Of a stretch of 64,000 nt of DNA, positions 25,390 through 35,461 are shown piece after piece. This DNA comes from Nitrospinales bacterium. Lineage in GTDB: Bacteria > Nitrospinota > Nitrospinia > Nitrospinales > VA-1. The stretch's first letter is position 1; each line of letters starts with the position of its first letter. The position numbers were made by a program, and so were the translations under genes. The stretch is from NCBI GenBank assembly GCA_965223345.1, contig CBDCWG010000012.1, positions 320,001 to 384,000 on the forward strand. The letters run 5' to 3'. The notes below the pieces were generated by a model. The model saw nothing but the letters and a program-made list of their open reading frames with translations, had not been told where the DNA came from and ran no database searches.

Positions 25390-26955
25390 ATGATCAAAAC
25401 CACGGTCAAACACGACGACGTGCTGACGCACACCACGCCCTGCCTGGTTGTTTTCTGCCCGGAAGAGGCCAAACCGGGCAAAGTTCTCAAACAGATCGAC
25501 ACGAAACTGCACGGCGCGGTGACGGCGGCGTTCAAAGACAAACGCTTTGAGGGCAAACCGCAGCAGACGCTCTGGCTCAACGCGATGGGGGCTCTGGGGG
25601 CAAACCACGTTCTGCTTGCGGGTGTGGGCACGCTGAAAAAACTGAACGCGGAAATCGTGCGCCAGGCGGCGGGATGCGCGGCGAAGCGCGCGGAACAGGC
25701 GCGCGCCACGAAAGTTTCGTTTTATGTGGAAGACGCGACGGTGGGCAAGGCGTTCGGCAGCGCCAAAAACCAGGGCCCGGCGGCCGGTGCGGTGACCGAA
25801 GGAAGCCTGCTGGCGCTGTATCATTTCGATCACTACAAAAGCGAAAAGGACGGCGACGATGCGCCCAGCCGCATCGCGGAGATCACGCTGCTTTGCGATG
25901 GCAAGGCGCAGGTGAACGCCGGCAAGACGGCGGTGGACAAAGCCCGGACGCTGGCAGAGGCGGTCTGCCTGACCCGCGATCTCATCCTACATCCCTCCAA
26001 CCGCGCCACGCCCTCCTTCCTCGCGCAGAACGCGAAGAAGATCGCCAAAGCGGCCAAGGTCACCTGCAAGGTGCTGGGCGAGAAGGAAATGAAAAAGCTC
26101 GGCATGGGCTCGTTTCTCGGCGTATCGAAGGGCAGCCACGAGCCGCCCGCCTTCATCATCTTGGAATACGCTGGCGGCAAAAAATCCGACCCGCCCGTGG
26201 TGATCGTCGGCAAGGCGGTCACCTTCGACACCGGCGGCATCTCTCTCAAACCGCCGGCCAACATGGACGAGATGAAAATGGACATGTCCGGCGGCGCGGT
26301 GACGCTGGGGACGATCCAGGCGGCGGCGGGTCTCAAGCTGCCGATCAACGTGGTGGGGCTAGTGCCGGCGACGGAGAACATGCCCGGCGGCTCGGCGACC
26401 AAACCGGGGGACATCCTCACCAGCATGTCCGGCAAAACCATCGAGGTGCTCAACACCGATGCGGAAGGGCGGCTGATCCTGGCGGACGCGCTCACTTATG
26501 CGGCGCGCTATAAGCCGCGCGCGCTCATCGATCTGGCGACGTTGACCGGAGCGGTGATCATGGCGCTGGGGCACTACGCGGCGGCGGTGATGGGCAACGA
26601 CGACGATCTGATCGAAAAACTCACCGAAAGCGGCGAGGAAACCGGCGAGCGGGTGTGGCGGCTGCCGCTGTGGGACGAGCACGACAAGGCGGTGAAAGGC
26701 AACATCGCGGACCTGAAGAACATCGCGGCTCCGGGCGTCGGGGCGGGCACGACGATGGGCGCGGCGTTTTTGAAGCCGTTCGCCGGTGAGGGTCCCTGGA
26801 CCCACATCGACATCGCCGGCACCTCCTGGTCCGGCGAGGACAAGCCCTACACACCGAAAGGCGCTTCGGGTTTCGGGGTGCGCCTGCTCACGCATTTTCT
26901 CGAACGCGAGGCGCACGCCGCCAAGCCGAAACGCCGGAGCGCCCGGAAAAAATAG
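25390..26955 (+). CDS. pepA: Leucyl aminopeptidase (M17)
   Basis: VGKAVTFDTGGISLKP, MKMDMSG, NTDAEGRLILAD, DLATLTG and HIDIAG. Confidence 0.96.
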   Translation: MIKTTVKHDDVLTHTTPCLVVFCPEEAKPGKVLKQIDTKLHGAVTAAFKDKRFEGKPQQTLWLNAMGALGANHVLLAGVGTLKKLNAEIVRQAAGCAAKRAEQARATKVSFYVEDATVGKAFGSAKNQGPAAGAVTEGSLLALYHFDHYKSEKDGDDAPSRIAEITLLCDGKAQVNAGKTAVDKARTLAEAVCLTRDLILHPSNRATPSFLAQNAKKIAKAAKVTCKVLGEKEMKKLGMGSFLGVSKGSHEPPAFIILEYAGGKKSDPPVVIVGKAVTFDTGGISLKPPANMDEMKMDMSGGAVTLGTIQAAAGLKLPINVVGLVPATENMPGGSATKPGDILTSMSGKTIEVLNTDAEGRLILADALTYAARYKPRALIDLATLTGAVIMALGHYAAAVMGNDDDLIEKLTESGEETGERVWRLPLWDEHDKAVKGNIADLKNIAAPGVGAGTTMGAAFLKPFAGEGPWTHIDIAGTSWSGEDKPYTPKGASGFGVRLLTHFLEREAHAAKPKRRSARKK

Positions 26956-27004
26956 ATCGCCTGTTTGGACTTATCGTTATTCTTCCACCGGAGGGGCGGA
27001 CCCT

Positions 27005-27490
27005 TTGCAGAGTTTTTTCATCGTTTTCCTTCACCTGGTCGCCGCGGCGGGCGCCATCGGCAGCCTGGCCTACGCGCTTTGGGTATACCTGCCGGCGGTG
27101 GAAAAGGACGCCAAAAAGCCTGCGGATGAAAACGCACCGGCCTACAAAGTGCTGGAGACGCTGCAGCCCACGGTGTTCGTCTGCCTGCTGATCCTCGTCG
27201 GCACCGGGATCTACACGCTGCTGACCCAGTATTCGCGCCAGGGCGAGTTGCCCGCAACCTATTACGATATTCTGGGAATCAAAATGGTGTTCGCGCTGGC
27301 GGCGTTTTCGCTGAGCCTGTATCTGACCTTCTCGCTGCGGCCGCAGATCACGGATCTCGACATCCGGCCGGAAAAACGCAAACTGGTTCCCGCTACATTG
27401 CAGCGCATGCGGACGCTCAGTCAGTTCACACTGGGGGCAGCGACGGCGGCGCTTTTTCTCGGTGTCTGGCTGGCTCGGGTGGCCGGATGA
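27005..27490 (+). CDS. Four-TM membrane protein, CopD/DUF4149-like
   Basis: GGAGG before TTG 27005; FLHLVAAAGAIGS, ILVGTG and ILGIKMVF patterns. Confidence 0.65.
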   Translation: MQSFFIVFLHLVAAAGAIGSLAYALWVYLPAVEKDAKKPADENAPAYKVLETLQPTVFVCLLILVGTGIYTLLTQYSRQGELPATYYDILGIKMVFALAAFSLSLYLTFSLRPQITDLDIRPEKRKLVPATLQRMRTLSQFTLGAATAALFLGVWLARVAG

Positions 27491-27599
27491 TGCGGCCCAC
27501 GCGGCGTGCGATGGCTTCGCGAAAAAGATTTATTTTAGCGTTGTGAGCCAACGCGTATTTGGGTAGCATTAAACAGGTGATCTTTTTACGAGGCGACCC

Positions 27600-27896
27600 A
27601 TGAACGAAGACAACGCCACCCCCACCCCAAAGCAGGAATCCGCCGGCGCGAACGATGATCCGCAAGCTTCTGCGGAACCGGCAGCCGAATCGCCCGCGGC
27701 CGAATCCCACGCGCACGAGATCGACCTCAACACGCTGTTTCCCGACGCCGAGGAAGACCTGAACGCACTGTTTCCGGATGAGGAAATGAAGCAGTTTCTA
27801 AAAAGCGTGAGCCGCAACAAAAAGGATCTGTCGGCGCTCAACGAACGGTTCATCCAGGAAAATCAACGCGACGTCCCCCCCGAAGATCTGGTCTGA
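27600..27896 (+). CDS. Hypothetical acidic protein
   Basis: GAGG RBS; internal repeat DLNTLFPD/DLNALFPD. Confidence 0.65.
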   Translation: MNEDNATPTPKQESAGANDDPQASAEPAAESPAAESHAHEIDLNTLFPDAEEDLNALFPDEEMKQFLKSVSRNKKDLSALNERFIQENQRDVPPEDLV

Positions 27897-27955
27897 AAAC
27901 TTCCTGAGTCAATTTGAGCAATCAGGTGTGCAACGCTTAGAGGAAACGGCTGTCC

Positions 27956-28765
27956 TTACAGGTTGCGCTGGCCACGCTGCGGGATTTTCGGCGCGTGCGC
28001 CGGAGGCCTGTCGGAAGGCGCGATCCCGCGCTGCGAATGGGTGGCGGGGGCTTTTTTCTTTTTGATCACGGCGATGACGTTGGTGATGTGGTCGTACCCC
28101 ATCTGGTCCTTGAGCGCGGCAAACGTTTCCTGGGCGTGGCCGAAGTTTTCCAGCGCCAGCGGCAGGTCTTCCGTCTTCCAGTAAAACTGGCCGATCGCTT
28201 CGTACACCTTGGCGCGGTCTTTGTGCACGGGCGCGTGCTCGATGGCCGTCTGCGCTTTCTGATACCACTCCTTGGCCGGAGACATCTGCTTGAGCCCCAT
28301 GTAGAGATCGCCGATGTCCTTGAGCGCCCTGCCTTCGCCCACCGCATCCTTGTTTTGCGTGTGGTATTTCACGGCTTCCAGGTAACTGCTCTCCGCCTCT
28401 TCGGTTTCGTTGGCGAATTTATACAGATCGCCCAGCGACTCGTAGGTTCGTGCGACGCGTTGGAAATTTTTCCGCGCTTCAAAAATGGCGATGGCTTTGC
28501 GGTAGTTGTCCGCGCCCTGGGAGAACTCGTGGTAGAAATAATTTTCCGATGCTTTCTGCAGCAACGCGGACGCTTCGTCCTCGCCGTCGAGCGGCGGTTT
28601 GTACAGCGTTCCCGGTTCCTGTCCGTGCTGTGAGGCGGCGGACGTTTCCGGGCTGTCCATCAAACCGGATTTGTTGATCCAGACGGACACGCCGATCATC
28701 AGGATCAGACAGGCAATGAGAACGATGCGGGGAGGGGTGATCGTGCGTTTGCTGTTTTTGGCCAC
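27956..28765 (-). CDS. Membrane-anchored TPR protein
   Basis: N-terminal TM segment; TPR-like repeats (ARTYESLGDLY, GRALKDIGDLY, AKVYEAIGQFY). Confidence 0.85.
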   Translation of the reverse strand: MAKNSKRTITPPRIVLIACLILMIGVSVWINKSGLMDSPETSAASQHGQEPGTLYKPPLDGEDEASALLQKASENYFYHEFSQGADNYRKAIAIFEARKNFQRVARTYESLGDLYKFANETEEAESSYLEAVKYHTQNKDAVGEGRALKDIGDLYMGLKQMSPAKEWYQKAQTAIEHAPVHKDRAKVYEAIGQFYWKTEDLPLALENFGHAQETFAALKDQMGYDHITNVIAVIKKKKAPATHSQRGIAPSDRPPAHAPKIPQRGQRNL

Positions 28766-28841
28766 GGTTCGATGCCCTCATGAAGGGGAGTATTCTTCAA
28801 TTATACACCAAATGCGGAGGATCGGCGCGGGATGACTCCGG

Positions 28842-29837
28842 TCAGAGCGTTTCCACGCGCAGGCCGCGGCTCACAAATTTGAAGTCCAGGACGTTTCCGC
28901 CCTGTTTTTTAAGGGCGTCCTCGACGGCGTCCTTTTTCCCCCTGCGCACGATGAACGCGACGCAGCCGCCCCCCCCGGCGCCGCACACTTTGCCGGCGAG
29001 GGCGCCGTTTTTTTCGGCGACGCGGAACAGACGGTCCATGTGCGGCGTGCGGATTCCCGGAGCGAGGGCTTTACGGGCTTTCCATTCCTCGGCAAACAAC
29101 GGAGCGATGCGGTCGAGATTCGCAGAGCCTGTGAACGCCTTGCGCATTTTTTGCGCAATGGTCTGAATTCCCTTAAGGTGGCGGCGGGTCTTGTCGTTGC
29201 CGTCGATGGTTTTTTTCGTGACGTCCCAGTTGTTGATGCCGGAGTTTCTCGGTTCTCCCGTGTAGCACAGCACGAAACGGCGGGTCATCTCTTTCGGGTC
29301 CACTTTGACGCGCTCGAACGCGACGCCCGCAAGGCCGGGCTCGACCGCGAGGGTGCCTCCGTGCGCGGCGGGGAAGTAGTCCTGCCAGCCGGCGGGCACG
29401 GCGATGACCTGGGTTTCGATGTCGCGGGCGAGGTGGATCATGCGGTCCTTGGAGGTGCGCCGATTGACGAAAGCCTGGATCGCGCCGTGCAGGGCGATGC
29501 TGAGGGCGGAGGAGCCGCCGATGCCGGAACCTTTGGGCGCCTGGCACTGGGTGACGAGGTTGAGGCCGCGCCTGGGCCGGTAATGTTTGAGTGTGCGGAA
29601 AATCAGATCCAGGGCGTGGTTTTCAGGCAGCGCGTCCAGCGATGCGAATTCTTTTCTGAGTTTCAGGTCCTTCGATTCGACGCAGACTTTTTTGTCCTTG
29701 CGGGCGGAAAGCTCGACGGTGGCGTACAGGTTGATCGCCGCATTCAGTGTGGGCGCCTGAAAAAAAAGATAAAGGGGCCAGATATCCAGGGTACCCCCGG
29801 CCAGATCGATGCGGGTGGGGGCGGAACTTCGTATCAT
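28842..29837 (-). CDS. GHMP family sugar kinase (HddA-like)
   Basis: APTRIDLAGGTLD, PKGSGIGGSS, GWQD and KVCGAGGGG. Confidence 0.88.
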   Translation of the reverse strand: MIRSSAPTRIDLAGGTLDIWPLYLFFQAPTLNAAINLYATVELSARKDKKVCVESKDLKLRKEFASLDALPENHALDLIFRTLKHYRPRRGLNLVTQCQAPKGSGIGGSSALSIALHGAIQAFVNRRTSKDRMIHLARDIETQVIAVPAGWQDYFPAAHGGTLAVEPGLAGVAFERVKVDPKEMTRRFVLCYTGEPRNSGINNWDVTKKTIDGNDKTRRHLKGIQTIAQKMRKAFTGSANLDRIAPLFAEEWKARKALAPGIRTPHMDRLFRVAEKNGALAGKVCGAGGGGCVAFIVRRGKKDAVEDALKKQGGNVLDFKFVSRGLRVETL

Positions 29838-29906
29838 AGGAGTGAAAGGGGGAACTGAAAATCCCGGTCCGGCAAGAGCCGCCCGGCCCGGGATTCGAAA
29901 ATCGGA

Positions 29907-30578
29907 TTAGAGGTTTTCGGAAACGGCGTCTCCGTTGCTGGATTCGATTTCGCTGATCTTGGTGGTCAACTTCTCCACCAGCGCCTTATAGGATTTTTTG
30001 CGGATGATCTTGGAAAACTGCGACCGGTAGTTGCGGATCATGCTGACGCCTTCGACGATGAAGTCGTAGACCAGCCATTGACCGTTGTCCTTGATCAATT
30101 TGTAATCGACGCCGATCGTGCTGTCCTTGCGCACGATTTCGGTCTTGACCAGGGCGTATTTTCCTTTCACGACTTCATCGATATAATTGATCTTTTCATC
30201 GCTGTAGGATTCGATCTTGCTCGCGTAGGAATTTTCCAGCAGCTTTTTGAACAGGGCGATGAATTCAGTGCGTTCTTCGGGGGTCCGGTCGTTCCAGGCT
30301 TTGGCCAGGGAACGCATCACCATCTGCTGGTAGTTGAACCGTTTCTCGATCGCACTGCGAATTTTATCGCGCCGTTTTTCCTGCTGATCCTTCAGGGACT
30401 CATCGCTCACGATCGAAATGACTTCGTCGATCGTGGACTTCAAATCCTTGGTGATCTCGGTTGCGGCAAACGCCTGCCCGCCCAGAAAGAGCATTCCCAT
30501 CACGACCGCTGTGATCAAGCCGACACGCACCTGTTTTAAGATCATGCACTTGTCTCCTGATATTTTTTTCATTTTCAC
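29907..30578 (-). CDS. mlaC: MlaC/Ttg2D phospholipid-binding protein
   Basis: W..YDFIVEGVSMIRNYRSQF; operon context. Confidence 0.9.
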   Translation of the reverse strand: MKMKKISGDKCMILKQVRVGLITAVVMGMLFLGGQAFAATEITKDLKSTIDEVISIVSDESLKDQQEKRRDKIRSAIEKRFNYQQMVMRSLAKAWNDRTPEERTEFIALFKKLLENSYASKIESYSDEKINYIDEVVKGKYALVKTEIVRKDSTIGVDYKLIKDNGQWLVYDFIVEGVSMIRNYRSQFSKIIRKKSYKALVEKLTTKISEIESSNGDAVSENL

Positions 30579-31015
30579 ACCTTACCAAATATGAATTCGC
30601 TTATCAAATTTTCCAAATCAATGACAGATTCAGTCTCTATCAGCACATCGCCCGGTTTTACAATGTCCGGCGACCCGCCCGGAGAGACGTTGACCATCTT
30701 GGCTCCGATCAATCCGCGCGTCTTCACGGACACGATCGAATCGTCGGGGAGTTCGATCTCTTTTCGCAATTTCAATTCGACGCGGGCCATGCCGTCTACC
30801 AGAGAAATCTTGCCGACGCTGCCGATGTTGACGCCGGCGATTTCGATGTCGGCGTTTTCACGCAGTCCGGCGATGGAACCGAAGTCCGCATACACCGAGT
30901 AATGGTCGCTGCCCAGGATTTCCTTTTTTCCGAGTTTGAAGGACAGGTATCCCAGGCAAACCAGGCCCACCACGGCGAATATCCCCACTGCTGTTTCAAG
31001 AGTGAATCGATTCAT
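30575..31015 (-). CDS. mlaD: MlaD (MCE domain)
   Basis: VGIF TM segment, GL....IEIAGVNIGSV and VKTRGLIG. Confidence 0.93.
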   Translation of the reverse strand: MNRFTLETAVGIFAVVGLVCLGYLSFKLGKKEILGSDHYSVYADFGSIAGLRENADIEIAGVNIGSVGKISLVDGMARVELKLRKEIELPDDSIVSVKTRGLIGAKMVNVSPGGSPDIVKPGDVLIETESVIDLENLISEFIFGKV

Positions 31016-31069
31016 GACCGGTTTTCCTCAAATCGCAGGCTGTTTGCAAAATGGATAAGGAACGCCCCC

Positions 31070-31816
31070 TCAGTTCACGCTGATGGGCCCCTCGATTTCC
31101 CCTTTTAAAAACTGCTGCACGCCGGGATCGTTCGACTTCTGGAATTCCTCGGCCGTCCCTTCCTCAACGATCACCCCGCCGTTCAGCATGACCACAAAAT
31201 CGCTGATCTCGAACACGTCGGGGATGTCGTGGCTGACGACCACGGCCGTGCATTTCACCCGCCGCTGCGTGTCGTAGATCAACTGATGAATGGCTTTCTT
31301 CATGATGGGATCGAGCCCTGTGGTCGGTTCGTCGAAAAGCACGATCTCGGGTTTCATGATCAGCGCCCGGGCGAGCCCCACCCGCTTGCGCATGCCGCCG
31401 CTCAACTGTGCAGGAAACTTGTCGTTCATGCCGACGATCCCGACGTTACTCAGCTCGGTGTTCACCCGCTCCTGAATTTCGGATCGGCTCAGCCGGGTTT
31501 TCTCCCGCAACGGAAAGGCGACGTTTTCGAACACGGTCATCGAATCCAGAAGCGCCGCCCCCTGGAACAGCATGCCGAATTTGTTGCGCAGCTCATTCAG
31601 CTCGCGGCTGTTGAGCGTGGTGACGTCCACATCGCCGATCATGAGGCTGCCCGCATCGGGTTTCAAAAGACCGATGATGTGCTTGAGCAGCACGGTTTTC
31701 CCGCAACCGCTGCGGCCGACGATCGTCGTGATCTTGTTTTCGGGAATGTCCAGCCGCACCCCACGCAACACTTCCTGCTGCATGAATTTTTTTTTCAGGT
31801 CCCTTATTTTAATCAT
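31070..31816 (-). CDS. mlaF: MlaF ABC ATPase
   Basis: GRSGCGKT, LSGGMRKRVGLARA and FDEPTTGLDP. Confidence 0.93.
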   Translation of the reverse strand: MIKIRDLKKKFMQQEVLRGVRLDIPENKITTIVGRSGCGKTVLLKHIIGLLKPDAGSLMIGDVDVTTLNSRELNELRNKFGMLFQGAALLDSMTVFENVAFPLREKTRLSRSEIQERVNTELSNVGIVGMNDKFPAQLSGGMRKRVGLARALIMKPEIVLFDEPTTGLDPIMKKAIHQLIYDTQRRVKCTAVVVSHDIPDVFEISDFVVMLNGGVIVEEGTAEEFQKSNDPGVQQFLKGEIEGPISVN

Positions 31817-31906
31817 GAATTCGCCTGCCCGGGCCCTGAATGCGATCCCGATCCCGTAAACAGGTCACATTTTAGTCTGCAATGGGCCCCATTCCTTACC
31901 GCCCGG

Positions 31907-32686
31907 TCAAGACAGGACGGTGGTGATGAAGTAGTTCCAGATCAGGATGCTGACCGAGGACACCACGACAGCGGTGGTGGTGGCGTGGCTGACGCCTTCC
32001 GCGCCCTGACCGCTGTAGATGTTGGCGAAAAACCCCTCGAAACAGCACACCCAGCTGATAACGAGGGCGAAGGTCACCGATTTCACGATGCCCGCGTACA
32101 CATCGTCCCAGCCGACGCTCGATTCCATACTGCCGGTGAAATCGCCGGCGCTCACGCCCAGCATCTTCACACCGGTGATGTAGCCGCCGGTGATGCCGAC
32201 CACATCGAAGATCGCGGTCAGCAGCGGCACGCACAACAGCGCCGCCAGCACCTTCGGGACCACCACGTATTTCAACGGGTTGAGCGCCATCGTGTCGAGG
32301 GCGTCCAGCTGCTCGGAGATGCGCATGATGCCGATCTCCGCCGCGATGGCGGACCCGGCCCGGCCGGTCACCATGAGGGCGGCGAGCACGGGACCCAGCT
32401 GCTGAACCAGCGTCCAGGCCACCATGGCGCCGAGCTGGCTCTCGGAACCGTAGTCGCTCAGAATGTTGAACCCGGCCACCCCAAGCACCATGCCGGTGAA
32501 GGAGGCGGTCAGTATGATGATCATCAGCGAGCGGACGCCGATGAAATGGATCTGCTTGATCAGCTCTTTAAACAGCACCGGCGGGCGCAGCGCCCACATC
32601 AGGATCTGGCCGAGAAAGATGAACTGGCATCCCACCCGTTCGAGAAAATAGACCCCCCAGGTGCCCCAACGCTGGATCAGGTTCAT
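31907..32686 (-). CDS. mlaE: MlaE ABC permease
   Basis: LGPVLAALMVTGRAGSAIAAEIGIMRISEQLDAL and GAEGVS.ATT. Confidence 0.95.
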   Translation of the reverse strand: MNLIQRWGTWGVYFLERVGCQFIFLGQILMWALRPPVLFKELIKQIHFIGVRSLMIIILTASFTGMVLGVAGFNILSDYGSESQLGAMVAWTLVQQLGPVLAALMVTGRAGSAIAAEIGIMRISEQLDALDTMALNPLKYVVVPKVLAALLCVPLLTAIFDVVGITGGYITGVKMLGVSAGDFTGSMESSVGWDDVYAGIVKSVTFALVISWVCCFEGFFANIYSGQGAEGVSHATTTAVVVSSVSILIWNYFITTVLS

Positions 32687-33090
32687 CGGCAGCCCCGCTT
32701 ATCCATCCATCCTGCAACGGGGGGCACAGCCATTTTGGGGGAAGCTCTCAAAGGAGAGGTCATCAAACGGAATTCGATTCAAGAGTTGGCGAACGATCCC
32801 GCTCCGTTCGGGAGGGGGATGCTTTGCGATCTGGAACGGGTTTCGGTTTGCAAACGCGATCGGGGATGAAGGCCGAAATCCCCTGGAAATTGGGAATTTA
32901 TCCTGCTCCCCGAGGGGCCGACGCGACCGCGACAGGGTGCCGGAAAGTTATCACGAATCCACAGGGGAGTCAACACGGTTCGCCGCGCGGAATCCGCACA
33001 AACCATTACATTTAAACGGTTATCCACAGTGGTCCGGCGCGCGGGCGAATGCGGCTATCTTCCCGAATTTAAACAAATAGTGCGATATTG

Positions 33091-33119
33091 TTGACAACTT
33101 CTCCATTCTTTAATATATT
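33091..33119 (+). promoter_or_regulatory. Putative sigma70 promoter (TTGACA-17-TATATT)
   Basis: Near-consensus hexamers in AT-rich DNA upstream of the lipoprotein pair. Confidence 0.6.
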
Positions 33120-33191
33120 GAAATTTCTCATCTAATAAATTTGAGCATTCTTTTTTCAACGTTTTTTCAGCAGTTAAACCGGACCGCCGTC

Positions 33192-34133
33192 ATGATGCGT
33201 GGATCGCCATCCTTGCGCCTGGCCGCTCTGGGCTTTTTGGTGTTGTTTCTGGGATCCGGGTGCGGGTCCGCCAAAGTCCGGGTGAGCCAGAATTCGGACA
33301 ACCCCGCCACCTTTCCCAAAAAAGTGGCGGTGCTGCCGTTCACGGTTGAGCCCACGATTCACGAAGAAGAGTTTCCCCACATCATCTTTCGCGAAGTTTT
33401 CTTCAACAACTTCAGCTACTTGGGATTCACCGACTTACCGCTTGACGAAGTGGACCAAAGATTGTACAACGCAGGCGTCCCCCCAGAAAATGCGTCGAAA
33501 CTTCGTCCTCGGGAACTGAAGCGGATCTTCGGCGTGGATGCGGTGGTGCGCGGGCATGTGCTGGAGGCCAACAATTTCACCGGCGGCATCCACGCGGAAA
33601 CCCTGATCGGCGCCAAGCTGGAAATGCTGGACCTCAACACCGAGGAGACGGTGTGGGAGGTGGAGCACACGGAAGTTTCCTATTCGGGCATCGCCACCCC
33701 CACGATCGTCGATATCATCCAGGAGCAGATGGAAAACGCCAAGGTGCAGCAGGCGTACTACAAGACGGCGGAAGTGTTCTGCCAGAAAATCCTGAAGCAG
33801 ATCCCGGATCCCGCGGACACGCGGCTGGGGGAAGTGCGGCCGCCGGTGATCAAAAGCATCGAGACCAACATCCGGCCCAACAAGAATCTGAAAGAGAACG
33901 ACCTGATCCGGGTCATCCTGCGGGGGCAGCCGGGTCTCACGGCGACGTTCGACATCGGCAGCTGGAGGACCCACATTCCCATGGAGGAGGTCGAGGTCGG
34001 CGTGTATTCGGGCAGCTACCGCATCCGCAAGGGCGACCGGGTGGCGAGCGCGTTCATCATCGGCACGCTGCGCAACAAGCGCGGGCTGGCGAGCAAAAAA
34101 TATTACAAGGCCGTGATGGCCACCATTCATTAA
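33192..34133 (+). CDS. DUF799/GNA1162 (CsgG/LpoB-like fold) lipoprotein with an extra C-terminal beta domain
   Basis: Lipobox GSGC; KVAVLPF, GVDAVVRG and MLDLNTEETVW. Confidence 0.72.
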   Translation: MMRGSPSLRLAALGFLVLFLGSGCGSAKVRVSQNSDNPATFPKKVAVLPFTVEPTIHEEEFPHIIFREVFFNNFSYLGFTDLPLDEVDQRLYNAGVPPENASKLRPRELKRIFGVDAVVRGHVLEANNFTGGIHAETLIGAKLEMLDLNTEETVWEVEHTEVSYSGIATPTIVDIIQEQMENAKVQQAYYKTAEVFCQKILKQIPDPADTRLGEVRPPVIKSIETNIRPNKNLKENDLIRVILRGQPGLTATFDIGSWRTHIPMEEVEVGVYSGSYRIRKGDRVASAFIIGTLRNKRGLASKKYYKAVMATIH

Positions 34134-34200
34134 CCGAGGATCGATTTTGTTTTCTTTTTCGTGGCGAAGACAGGAACACACCGCCTGTTGCAATCCGGGT

Positions 34201-35430
34201 GTGCTGAAAACCATCGTGCTGCTGGCGCTGCTGTCTCTGGGCCTGTGCGCCTGCACCAATGATCTGCAGACCAAGGTCTCGGGAAGCCTCAACGGGCTTT
34301 CGGGAGAGCAGATCGTCGCCATCCTGCCGGTCGAGGTGGTCGAGCATTCCCCCAGGGATGCCGCTAATCTGTTCCGGCAGGTGCTGCACTCCAAGCTCAA
34401 GCAGACGCGTTTTGAAATCCTCGAACCCTACGTCGTGGACAGCCTGCTCAGGAGAAACGGGCTCACCGAACCGGCCAAATACCCGACGCTCAACCCGATG
34501 CGCCTGGGCGAAGTGCTGGGTGCGGACGTGGTCCTCATCAGCCGTCTGAACAAGGTCGAACGCTCCTACTTTCTCGTGCATTCCTCGATCAAACTCAGCA
34601 TCTCGGTGCAGATGGTGGACACGCGCAGCGGCGAGATCCTGTGGCGGGCGGAACAGACCGAATCGGATTATCAGGGGTTGTGGAAAATCCCCACCGGCAT
34701 GGCTTCGGCCGTGGTCGGCCCGTTCTACTTCGTGACCAACAAGCTCAACCTCAACCGCATCACCACGAAAATGGTGGACAAGCTGACGGATGTGGTGAAG
34801 CACCCCGGCCGCGCCGGCAAGGAGAAGACCTTCGAAGCGCCGGTGATCGCCTCGGCGGCGACGCGCGACATCCAGCGGGTGAAGCGGGCGGAAAGGATCC
34901 GGGCGAAGTGGGCGGAGGAACTTTTTGAAAACGCCGAGGCCATCTGGGCGCGCGACACGCTAGCAGGCATCCACGGCGCTCCGCAGCCCAAACCGAAACC
35001 GCTCGCGATGACAGCGAGCTATCAGCCGCAACCGCAGGCGTATGGCCAACCGGCCCTGTCGCAGACGCTGGAGATCCCGATCCAGATTCCAGCGGAGCCG
35101 CTGCCGGTCGCATCCATTCCCGCTGTGGCGCCAAAACCGGTAAAACCCGCCATCACCAGACTGAACCTGCCGGCAAAGAAAACGCCGCGCGTGTACACGG
35201 TGCAGGTGGGGGCCTACAGGTCGCGGGTGCTGGCGGAAAAGCTGGTGGCACGGCTGGTCAAAAAGGGCTATCAGGCGTTCATGACCCAGCCCACCCCCAA
35301 CAGGAAAACCGTCCTCTACCGCGTGCGGGTCGATCTGTTCCCCAGCAAACGCGGCGCGGCGCGCCTGGCGAAAAAACTGCGCTCGAAGGAACGGTTGAAA
35401 AACTTCGTGACCACGCTGAGCGCACTCTGA
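34201..35430 (+). CDS. DUF799-like lipoprotein with C-terminal SPOR domain
   Basis: Lipobox LCAC; VAILP, LGADVVL and VDTRSGEILW; Pro-rich linker; SPOR motif YTVQVGAY...YRVRV. Confidence 0.8.
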   Translation: MLKTIVLLALLSLGLCACTNDLQTKVSGSLNGLSGEQIVAILPVEVVEHSPRDAANLFRQVLHSKLKQTRFEILEPYVVDSLLRRNGLTEPAKYPTLNPMRLGEVLGADVVLISRLNKVERSYFLVHSSIKLSISVQMVDTRSGEILWRAEQTESDYQGLWKIPTGMASAVVGPFYFVTNKLNLNRITTKMVDKLTDVVKHPGRAGKEKTFEAPVIASAATRDIQRVKRAERIRAKWAEELFENAEAIWARDTLAGIHGAPQPKPKPLAMTASYQPQPQAYGQPALSQTLEIPIQIPAEPLPVASIPAVAPKPVKPAITRLNLPAKKTPRVYTVQVGAYRSRVLAEKLVARLVKKGYQAFMTQPTPNRKTVLYRVRVDLFPSKRGAARLAKKLRSKERLKNFVTTLSAL

Positions 35431-35461
35431 TTTGTCTTCACGCCTCTTTCATTCCTCTATT

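Noticed and set aside
33020..33028. Perfect DnaA box TTATCCACA near an AT-rich tract (possible oriC)
   Set aside because: Only one perfect box, no box cluster, and no dnaA/dnaN/gidA context. The AT-rich tract is explained by a promoter.
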